Source of the DNA: Macrostomum lignano | Taxonomy: Eukaryota | Direction: 5' to 3' | Length of the DNA: 64,000 bases | Assembly (NCBI GenBank): GCA_002269645.1 | Contig: NIVC01000969.1 | Span: forward strand, 62,001 to 126,000 | Shown here: one piece after another, positions 38,201 to 49,304 of the stretch | Numbering within the stretch: position 1 is the stretch's first letter | Layout of the letters: the number at the start of each line of letters is the position of its first letter | Translations under genes and position numbers: made by a program | The notes under the pieces: model-generated | What the model was told of the DNA's origin: nothing | Seen by the model: the letters and a program-made list of their open reading frames with translations, nothing else | The model's database searches: none

Positions 38201-41200
38201 GAGAGAGACACAGGTAGACAGGGAACAGAGAGAGACACAGGTAGACAGGGAACAGAGAGAGACACAGGTAGACAGGGAACAGAGAGAGACACAGGTAGAC
38301 AGGGAACAGAGAGAGACACAGGTAGACAGGGAACAGAGAGAGACACAGGTAGACAGGGAACAGAGAGAGACACAGGTAGACAGGGAACAGAGAGAGAGAC
38401 ACAGGTAGACAGGGAACAGAGAGAGAGACACAGGTAGACAGGGAACAGAGAGAGACACAGGTAGACAGGGAACAGAGAGAGACACAGGTAGACAGGGAAC
38501 AGAGAGAGACACAGGTAGACAGGGAACAGAGAGAGAGACACAGGTAGACAGGGAACAGAGAGAGACACAGGTAGACAGGGAACAGAGAGAGACACAGGTA
38601 GACAGGGAACAGAGAGAGACACAGGTAGACAGGGAACAGAGAGAGAGACACAGGTAGACAGGGAACAGAGAGAGACACAGGTAGACAGGGAACAGAGAGA
38701 GACACAGGTAGACAGGGAACAGAGAGAGAGACACAGGTAGACAGGGAACAGAGAGAGAGACACAGGTAGACAGGGAACAGAGAGAGACACAGGTAGACAG
38801 GGAACAGAGAGAGACACAGGTAGACAGGGAACAGAGAGAGAGACACAGGTAGACAGGGAACAGAGAGACACAGGTAGACAGGGAACAGAGACACAGGTAG
38901 ACAGGGAACAGAGAGAGAGACACAGGTAGACAGGGAACAGAGAGAGACACAGGTAGACAGGGAACAGAGAGAGACACAGGTAGACAGGGAACAGAGAGAG
39001 AGACACAGGTAGACAGGGAACAGAGAGAGACACAGGTAGACAGGGAACAGAGAGAGACACAGGTAGACAGGGAACAGAGAGACACAGGTAGACAGGGAAC
39101 AGAGACACAGGTAGACAGGGAACAGAGAGAGAGACACAGGTAGACAGGGAACAGAGAGAGACACAGGTAGACAGGGAACAGAGAGAGAGACACAGGTAGA
39201 CAGAACAGAGAGAGAGACACAGGTAGACAGGGAACAGAGAGAGACACAGGTAGACAGGGAACAGAGAGAGAGACACAGGTAGACAGGGAACAGAGAGAGA
39301 GACACAGGTAGACAGGGAACAGAGAGAGAGACACAGGTAGACAGGGAACAGAGAGAGAGACACAGGTAGACAGGGAACAGAGAGAGACACAGGTAGACAG
39401 GGAACAGAGAGAGAGACACAGGTAGACAGGGAACAGAGAGAGACACAGGTAGACAGGGAACAGAGAGAGAGACACAGGTAGACAGGGAACAGAGAGAGAG
39501 ACACAGGTAGACAGGGAACAGAGAGAGACACAGGTAGACAGGGAACAGAGAGAGACACAGGTAGACAGGGAACAGAGAGAGACACAGGTAGACAGGGAAC
39601 AGAGAGACACAGGTAGACAGGGAAGAGAGACACACAGGTAGACAGGGAAGAGAGACACACAGGTAGACAGGGAACAGAGAGAGAGACACAGGTAGACAGG
39701 GAACAGAGAGAGACACAGGTAGACAGGGAACAGAGAGAGACACAGGTAGACAGGGAACAGAGAGACACAGGTAGACAGGGAACAGAGAGAGAGACACAGG
39801 TAGACAGGGAACAGAGAGAGACACAGGTAGACAGGGAACAGAGAGAGAGACACAGGTAGACAGGGAACAGAGAGAGACACAGGTAGACAGGGAACAGAGA
39901 CAGGTAGACAGGGAACAGAGACAGGTAGACAGGGAACAGAGAGAGAGACACAGGTAGACAGGGAACAGAGAGAGACACAGGTAGACAGGGAACAGAGAGA
40001 GAGACACAGGTAGACAGGGAACAGAGAGAGAGACACAGGTAGACAGGGAACAGAGAGAGACACAGGTAGACAGGGAACAGAGAGAGACACAGGTAGACAG
40101 GGAACAGAGAGAGAGACACAGGTAGACAGGGAACAGAGAGAGACACAGGTAGACAGGGAACAGAGAGAGAGACACAGGTAGACAGGGAACAGAGAGAGAG
40201 ACACAGGTAGACAGGGAACAGAGAGAGAGACACAGGTAGACAGGGAACAGAGAGAGAGACACAGGTAGACAGGGAACAGAGAGAGAGACACAGGTAGACA
40301 GGGAACAGAGAGAGAGACACAGGTAGACAGGGAACAGAGAGAGAGACACAGGTAGACAGGGAACAGAGAGAGAGACACAGGTAGACAGGGAACAGAGAGA
40401 GAGACACAGGTAGACAGGGAACAGAGAGACACAGGTAGACAGGGAACAGAGAGAGAGACACAGGTAGACAGGGAACAGAGAGAGACACAGGTAGACAGGG
40501 AACAGAGACAGGTAGACAGGGAACAGAGAGAGAGAGACACAGGTAGACAGGGAACAGAGAGAGACACAGGTAGACAGGGAACAGAGAGAGACACAGGTAG
40601 ACAGGGAACAGAGAGAGAGACACAGGTAGACAGGGAACAGAGAGAGACACAGGTAGACAGGGAACAGAGAGAGACACAGGTAGACAGGGAACAGAGAGAC
40701 ACAGGTAGACAGGGAACAGAGACAGGTAGACAGGGAACAGAGAGAGAGACACAGGTAGACAGGGAACAGAGAGAGACACAGGTAGACAGGGAACAGAGAG
40801 AGAGACACAGGTAGACATTGAACAGAGAGAGAGACACAGGTAGACAGGGAACAGAGAGAGACACAGGTAGACAGGGAACAGAGAGAGACACAGGTAGACA
40901 GGGAACAGAGACAGGTAGACAGGGAACAGAGAGAGAGACACAGGTAGACAGGGAACAGAGACAGGTAGACAGGGAACAGAGAGAGAGACACAGGTAGACA
41001 TTGAACAGAGAGAGAGACACAGGTAGACAGGGAACAGAGAGAGACACAGGTAGACAGGGAACAGAGAGAGACACAGGTAGACAGGGAACAGAGAGAGACA
41101 CAGGTAGACAGGGAACAGAGACACACAGGTAGACAGGGAACAGAGAGAGAGACACAGGTAGACAGGGAACAGAGAGAGACACAGGTAGACAGGGAACAGA

Positions 41201-44200
41201 GAGAGACACAGGTAGACAGGGAACAGAGAGAGACACAGGTAGACAGGGAACAGAGAGAGAGACACAGGTAGACAGGGAACAGAGAGAGAGACACAGGTAG
41301 ACAGAACAGAGAGAGAGACACAGGTAGACATTGAACAGAGAGAGAGACACAGGTAGACAGGGAACAGAGAGAGAGACACAGGTAGACAGGGAACAGAGAG
41401 AGAGACACAGGTAGACATTGAACAGAGAGAGAGACACAGGTAGACAGGGAACAGAGAGAGACACAGGTAGACAGGGAACAGAGACACACAGGTAGACAGG
41501 GAACAGAGAGAGAGACACAGGTAGACAGGGAACAGAGAGACACAGGTAGACAGGGAACAGAGACAGGTAGACAGGGAACAGAGACAGGTAGACAGGGAAC
41601 AGAGAGAGAGAGACACAGGTAGACAGGGAACAGAGAGAGACACAGGTAGACAGGGAACAGAGAGAGACACAGGTAGACAGGGAACAGAGAGAGAGACACA
41701 GGTAGACAGGGAACAGAGAGAGACACAGGTAGACAGGGAACAGAGAGAGACACAGGTAGACAGGGAACAGAGAGACACAGGTAGACAGGGAACAGAGACA
41801 GGTAGACAGGGAACAGAGAGAGAGACACAGGTAGACAGGGAACAGAGAGAGACACAGGTAGACAGGGAACAGAGAGAGAGACACAGGTAGACATTGAACA
41901 GAGAGAGAGACACAGGTAGACAGGGAACAGAGAGAGACACAGGTAGACAGGGAACAGAGAGAGACACAGGTAGACAGGGAACAGAGACAGGTAGACAGGG
42001 AACAGAGAGAGAGACACAGGTAGACAGGGAACAGAGACAGGTAGACAGGGAACAGAGAGAGAGACACAGGTAGACATTGAACAGAGAGAGAGACACAGGT
42101 AGACAGGGAACAGAGAGAGACACAGGTAGACAGGGAACAGAGAGAGACACAGGTAGACAGGGAACAGAGAGAGACACAGGTAGACAGGGAACAGAGACAC
42201 ACAGGTAGACAGGGAACAGAGAGAGAGACACAGGTAGACAGGGAACAGAGAGAGACACAGGTAGACAGGGAACAGAGAGAGACACAGGTAGACAGGGAAC
42301 AGAGAGAGACACAGGTAGACAGGGAACAGAGAGAGACACAGGTAGACAGGGAACAGAGAGAGACACAGGTAGACAGGGAACAGAGAGAGACACAGGTAGA
42401 CAGGGAACAGAGAGAGACACAGGTAGACAGGGAACAGAGACAGGTAGACAGGGAACAGAGACAGGTAGACAGGAAACAGAGAGAGACACAGGTAGACAGG
42501 GAACAGAGAGAGACACAGGTAGACAGGGAACAGAGAGAGACACAGGTAGACAGGGAACAGAGAGAGAGACACAGGTAGACAGGGAACAGAGAGAGAGACA
42601 CAGGTAGACAGGGAACAGAGAGAGACACAGGTAGACAGGGAACAGAGAGAGACACAGGTAGACAGGGAACAGAGAGAGACACAGGTAGACAGGGAACAGA
42701 GAGACACAGGTAGACAGGGAAGAGAGACACACAGGTAGACAGGGAACAGAGAGAGACACAGGTAGACAGGGAACAGAGAGAGAGACACAGGTAGACAGGG
42801 AACAGAGAGAGACACAGGTAGACAGGGAACAGAGAGAGACACAGGTAGACAGGGAACAGAGACACAGGTAGACAGGGAACAGAGAGAGAGACACAGGTAG
42901 ACAGGGAACAGAGAGAGACACAGGTAGACAGGGAACAGAGAGAGACACAGGTAGACAGGGAACAGAGAGACACAGGTAGACAGGGAACAGAGACAGGTAG
43001 ACAGGGAACAGAGAGAGAGACACAGGTAGACAGGGAACAGAGAGAGACACAGGTAGACAGGGAACAGAGAGAGAGACACAGGTAGACAGGGAACAGAGAG
43101 AGAGACACAGGTAGACAGGGAACAGAGAGAGACACAGGTAGACAGGGAACAGAGAGAGACACAGGTAGACAGGGAACAGAGAGAGAGACACAGGTAGACA
43201 GGGAACAGAGAGAGAGACACAGGTAGACAGGGAACAGAGAGAGACACAGGTAGACAGGGAACAGAGAGAGACACAGGTAGACAGGGAACAGAGACAGGTA
43301 GACAGGGAACAGAGAGAGACAGGGAACAGAGAGAGACACAGGTAGACAGGGAACAGAGAGAGAGACACAGGTAGACAGAACAGAGAGAGAGACACAGGTA
43401 GACAGGGAACAGAGAGAGAGACACAGGTAGACAGGGAACAGAGAGAGACACAGGTAGACAGGGAACAGAGAGACACAGGTAGACAGGGAACAGAGACAGG
43501 TAGACAGGGAACAGAGAGAGAGACACAGGTAGACAGGGAACAGAGAGAGACACAGGTAGACAGGGAACAGAGAGAGAGACACAGGTAGACAGAACAGAGA
43601 GAGAGACACAGGTAGACAGGGAACAGAGAGAGACACAGGTAGACAGGGAACAGAGAGAGACACAGGTAGACAGGGAACAGAGACAGGTAGACAGGGAACA
43701 GAGAGAGAGACACAGGTAGACAGGGAACAGAGAGAGACACAGGTAGACAGGGAACAGAGAGAGAGACACAGGTAGACAGAACAGAGAGAGAGACACAGGT
43801 AGACAGGGAACAGAGAGAGACACAGGTAGACAGGGAACAGAGAGAGACACAGGTAGACAGGGAACAGAGAGAGACACAGGTAGACAGGGAACAGAGAGAG
43901 ACACAGGTAGACAGGGAACAGAGAGAGACACAGGTAGACAGGGAACAGAGAGAGACACAGGTAGACAGGGAACAGAGAGAGACACAGGTAGACAGGGAAC
44001 AGAGAGAGACACAGGTAGACAGGGAACAGAGAGAGACACAGGTAGACAGGGAACAGAGAGAGAGACACAGGTAGACAGGGAACAGAGACAGGTAGACAGG
44101 GAACAGAGAGAGAGACACAGGTAGACAGGGAACAGAGAGAGACACAGGTAGACAGGGAACAGAGAGAGAGACACAGGTAGACAGGGAACAGAGAGAGAGA

Positions 44201-46427
44201 CACAGGTAGACAGGGAACAGAGAGAGACACAGGTAGACAGGGAACAGAGAGAGACACAGGTAGACAGGGAACAGAGACAGGTAGACAGGGAACAGAGACA
44301 GGTAGACAGGGAACAGAGAGAGAGACACAGGTAGACAGGGAACAGAGACAGGTAGACAGGGAACAGAGAGAGAGACACAGGTAGACAGAACAGAGAGAGA
44401 GACACAGGTAGACAGGGAACAGAGAGAGACACAGGTAGACAGGGAACAGAGAGAGACACAGGTAGACAGGGAACAGAGAGAGAGACACAGGTAGACAGGG
44501 AACAGAGACACACAGGTAGACAGGGAACAGAGAGAGAGACACAGGTAGACAGGAAACAGAGAGAGACACAGGTAGACAGGGAACAGAGAGAGACACAGGT
44601 AGACAGGGAACAGAGAGAGAGACACAGGTAGACAGGGAACAGAGAGAGACACAGGTAGACAGGGAACAGAGAGAGACACAGGTAGACAGGGAACAGAGAG
44701 AGACACAGGTAGACAGGGAACAGAGAGAGACACAGGTAGACAGGGAACAGAGACAGGTAGACAGGGAACAGAGACAGGTAGACAGGAAACAGAGAGAGAC
44801 ACAGGTAGACAGGGAACAGAGAGAGAGACACAGGTAGACAGGGAACAGAGAGAGACACAGGTAGACAGGGAACAGAGAGAGAGACACAGGTAGACATTGA
44901 ACAGAGAGAGAGACACAGGTAGACAGGGAACAGAGAGAGACACAGGTAGACAGGGAACAGAGAGACACAGGTAGACAGGGAACAGAGAGAGACACAGGTA
45001 GACAGGGAACAGAGACACACAGGTAGACAGGGAAGAGAGACACACAGGTAGACAGGGAAGAGAGACACACAGGTAGACAGGGAACAGAGAGAGAGACACA
45101 GGTAGACAGGGAACAGAGAGAGACACAGGTAGACAGGGAACAGAGAGAGACACAGGTAGACAGGGAACAGAGACACACAGGTAGACAGGGAACAGAGAGA
45201 GAGACACAGGTAGACAGGGAACAGAGAGAGACACAGGTAGACAGGGAACAGAGAGAGAGACACAGGTAGACAGGGAACAGAGAGACACAGGTAGACAGGG
45301 AACAGAGACAGGTAGACAGGGAACAGAGAGAGAGACACAGGTAGACAGGGAACAGAGAGAGACACAGGTAGACAGGGAACAGAGAGAGAGACACAGGTAG
45401 ACATTGAACAGAGAGAGAGACACAGGTAGACAGGGAACAGAGAGAGACACAGGTAGACAGGGAACAAAGAGAGACACAGGTAGACAGGGAACAGAGAGAG
45501 AGACACAGGTAGACAGGGAACAGAGAGAGAGACACAGGTAGACAGGGAACAGAGAGAGACACAGGTAGACAGGGAACAGAGAGAGACACAGGTAGACAGG
45601 GAACAGAGACAGGTAGACAGGGAACAGAGAGAGAGACACAGGTAGACAGGGAACAGAGAGAGACACAGGTAGACAGGGAACAGAGAGAGAGACACAGGTA
45701 GACATTGAACAGAGAGAGAGACACAGGTAGACAGGGAACAGAGAGAGAGACACAGGTAGACAGGGAACAGAGAGAGACACAGGTAGACAGGGAACAGAGA
45801 GACACAGGTAGACAGGGAACAGAGACAGGTAGACAGGGAACAGAGAGAGAGACACAGGTAGACAGGGAACAGAGAGAGACACAGGTAGACAGGGAACAGA
45901 GAGAGAGACACAGGTAGACATTGAACAGAGAGAGAGACACAGGTAGACAGGGAACAGAGAGAGACACAGGTAGACAGGGAACAGAGAGAGACACAGGTAG
46001 ACAGGGAACAGAGAGAGACACAGGTAGACAGGGAACAGAGAGAGACACAGGTAGACAGGGAACAGAGAGAGACACAGGTAGACAGGGAACAGAGACACAC
46101 AGGTAGACAGGGAACAGAGAGAGAGACACATGTAGACAGGGAACAGAGAGAGACACAGGTAGACAGGGAACAGAGAGAGACACAGGTAGACAGGGAACAG
46201 AGAGAGACACAGGTAGACAGGGAACAGAGAGAGACACAGGTAGACAGGGAACAGAGAGAGAGACAGGTAGACAGGGAACAGAGAGAGACACAGGTAGACA
46301 GGGAACAGAGAGAGACACAGGTAGACAGGGAACAGAGAGAGACACAGGTAGACAGGGAACAGAGAGAGACACAGGTAGACATTGAACAGAGAGAGAGACA
46401 CAGGTAGACAGGGAACAGAGAGACACA
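26272..46427. repeat. ~20.1-kb satellite: fixed core CAGGTAGACAGGGAACA plus variable (GA)n(CA)m; units 21-31 bp, roughly 750 copies; fills intron 2
   Basis: Direct reading; copy number estimated from length divided by ~27. Confidence 0.97.
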
Positions 46428-46441
46428 GCAGAGCGTCTCAC

Positions 46442-46839
46442 CTGTTGCACCTGTTGTGAGCCGGCGGTGCAATTCGGCAGGGCGGTCCCGGAGGCAACGC
46501 AGGCGGCCGGCAGATCGCGACAGCCGGGCGGGCGGCTCCCAGCAGACGGGCAGGGCAGGCAGAACTGAGCGGAGCAGCCGTCAATGCGGAGGCTGGCCAG
46601 GTGGAACAGGCCAGGCTGACAGTCTGCGGCCTCGAAGTCCAGCTGGCCGCGGCGGCTGCAGCCGGGCCTGGCGGCGCAGGCCTCCTGGTCGCGGCAGGGC
46701 CGGCAGGTCGCCGTCTTGCAGCCGTTGGCGTCCAGGCTGAACTCGGCGGTGGTGCCGGGGCTGCACAGCACCAGCGGCTCCGGGCAGGGGCGGCGGCACT
46801 CGGCGGGCAGCTGAGCCTCCGACGAATTCAGGCGGGCTG
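46442..46839 (-). CDS. Exon 2: Cys-rich repeats
   Basis: Tandem acceptor CAGCAG (46839 or 46836, both phase 1) and donor CAACAG|GTGAGA (phase 0); translates AARLNSSEAQLPAECRRPCPEPLVLCSPG...NCTAGSQQVQQ. Confidence 0.85.
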
Positions 46840-46876
46840 CTGAGCCAGGATTTGCATTCTATTGGCTTTTTGTGAA

Positions 46877-47425
46877 TTCTGTGAATTAGTCCCTGTGAAT
46901 CAGTCCCTGTGAATCAGTCCGTGTGAATCAGTCCGTGTGAATCAGTCCCTGTGAATCAGTCCCTGTGAATCAGTCCCTGTGAATCAGTCCCTGTGAATCA
47001 GTCCCTGTGAATCAGTCCCTGTGAATCAGTCCCTGTGAATCAGTCCCTGTGAATCAGTCCCTGTGAATCAGTCCCTGTGAATCAGTCCCTGTGAATCAGT
47101 CCCTGTGAATCAGTCCCTGTGAATCAGTCCCTGTGAATCAGTCCCTGTGAATCAGTCCCTGTGAATCAGTCCCTGTGAATCAGTCCCTGTGAATCAGTCC
47201 CTGTGAATCAGTCCCTGTGAATCAGTCCCTGTGAATCAGTCCCTGTGAATCAGTCCCTGTGAATCAGTCCCTGTGAATCAGTCCCTGTGAATCAGTCCCT
47301 GTGAATCAGTCCCTGTGAATCAGTCCCTGTGAATCAGTCCCTGTGAATCAGTCCGTGTGAATCAGTCCCTGTGAATCAGTCCCTGTGAATCAGTCCCTGT
47401 GAATCAGTTCCTGTGAATCAGTCCC
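46877..47425. repeat. 14-bp minisatellite (CTGTGAATCAGTCC), ~39 copies, in intron 1
   Basis: Direct reading. Confidence 0.95.
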
Positions 47426-47436
47426 AGCGAACGCAC

Positions 47437-48526
47437 CCGCCATCTCGCAGCTGGCGCACTCCACCTGAAGGCAGCCCCCTTCAGCAGCGGGCGCAGCTCG
47501 GCGGTACTGCCCGGCGGAGCAGGCCACCGCCCAGTCCGGCTGGCTGCCGCAGTCTTCACTCGGTCGGCAGGCCGGCAGGTCGCGGTGTTTGAAGTCGCAG
47601 TCGCGGCAGCTCCACGGCTGGCAGTGTCCGACCGGATTGTCCGCCCTAAACTGGCCGGCCGGACAGGACACCGGCAGGGTGTTGTTCGGACAGGTCTCGC
47701 AAATCCAGTGGCAGGTGGCGAGGCCACTGCTGGAGTCCCGCAGCAGCTGCTTGGCGGGCTGGCGGCCAGGCGGGCAGTCGGGCTTGTTTGCCTCTGTGCA
47801 GCCCGGCGCCGAGCAGCCAGACCGGTCGGCGGTGTCGGGGGTGCAGTCGGCGCACCCGGCCAGCGGACAGCCGGTCTCTGGGTCAGATTCGGTTCGGACA
47901 TACTGGCCGGAGGGGCAGACTGGCTCGGACAGTAGCGGACAGGCGGCACAGGAGGACAGCTGGCAGCCAAGAGAGTCGTTGAATCGACGGAGGAACTGGC
48001 CGGAGCCGCAGGCGGGGGGCTTCGCAGCCTGCGGCGGGCAGCGGCAGCCGTGGCGGAGGCCCATGAGAGCCGGGGCGCAGGGCAGGCAGGCGAGCGACGA
48101 ACAGCCGGCATCCTCGGCCTCGCCCAAGAACTGGCCAGCCGGACATTGGCCGGTAAAGTCGGCCGGCGGAGCTATTGGTGGGCAGTCGAGGCCGCGGCAT
48201 TCGGACCGGTGGCTGGAGGTCAGGCCGCACGGCTGGCAGGCGTCAGCGGGGCATCCAGCCGGGTCGAAGCTGACCTTGTGAAAGTTGCCGGGCGGGCAGT
48301 TGATGGAGCGGATGGTGGGGCAGCGAATCTCCGGGGGCAGAGGCTGGGAGTCGGCGATGATGGGGAAGCTGGGACTCGGAGGCGGCAGTGTGGTCGGGGC
48401 TTGGCCGGCATGAACTGTGGATGCCGGGAGCAGCTGGGCAGCTGCTGGTTGGGACAGCTGGCACAGGGCCAGACAGCTAAGCAGAAGGGTGGCAACGGCT
48501 GGGAGCCGCCGCAGTCTGTGCAACAT
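47437..48526 (-). CDS. Exon 1: signal peptide and Cys-rich repeats of the large secreted mucin-like/VWA protein
   Basis: AAACCATG start; MLHRLRRLPAVATLLLSCLALCQLSQPAAAQ has n/h/c regions; donor GGCGG|GTGCGT (phase 1). Confidence 0.85.
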
Positions 48527-49304
48527 GGTTTGCTGAGCTCAGTGTGATAATTGGGCTTACTATGCAGACTTGACAGTTTCCGATGCCAGCAGTTAAGTGG
48601 CTGTGAGAATCAACCTGAGAGCTTTTCTCTTTATGTTACAAGCTAGGTCTCAGATGCCAGACAAAGGATTTAGCCAAAAGTCTGTTATGAATTTAATCAG
48701 ACCAATCAGAACGCGTAGCGAGCGCGCAGTAGGGGTTCGGCCAGAAAGGCGATGTACTTAAAAACTTTAACCGGGCGTAAGAGATTGATCTGTGTACATT
48801 GATCTCGGCGCTGAGTCATCTCTGCACGCGTATGGCCTTGTTTGTTAACTTGATCTATTTTTAACCAATAAAAGTACACCCGGTACACGCAGAATGGCTG
48901 CAGCTTGTATTCCACACACGTGTATGAGAGTGCCTCTTTATGAGGCCTTGAAATTAGTCGAAAAAAACAAAAAAATCAATACAGTTCAGTAGAGTTTTGT
49001 TAAACATAACATTAATAATTTCACAGGACAGTACAATATTAATTAAGGGTTTTAATATTATAATCACATAGCTATATATTTGACCGTATGATAAATCGAA
49101 ATCAAGATGCTTTAATCGAATATAATCAATTGTCACTGTAGCGTCCCTGCAGGACTGGACACGAGACTGTGGTTGTAGTTTATAATTGTATGACTGGGTC
49201 TGGTCACTTACTAGTACATGGGTCATCGCAGGTAGACTGCAGGTACAGCAGGTACAGTTAGGTGGTATCTGCCTGTTACAAGGTACTGCAATTAAATGGT
49301 TATA

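Noticed and set aside
26174-46771. Three 6,700-6,900-aa minus-strand ORFs and many plus-strand RERDTG ORFs
   Set aside because: They are stop-free only because of satellite composition; unit lengths are mostly not multiples of 3 and all three frames are equally open. Only 46839-46442 is a real exon.
18997-48526. Identification as Macrostomum adhesive protein ap1 or ap2, or as a gel-forming mucin
   Set aside because: No VWD/C8/TIL/TSP1 domains or KR-rich tracts were seen; the domain here is VWA, so no gene symbol is assigned.
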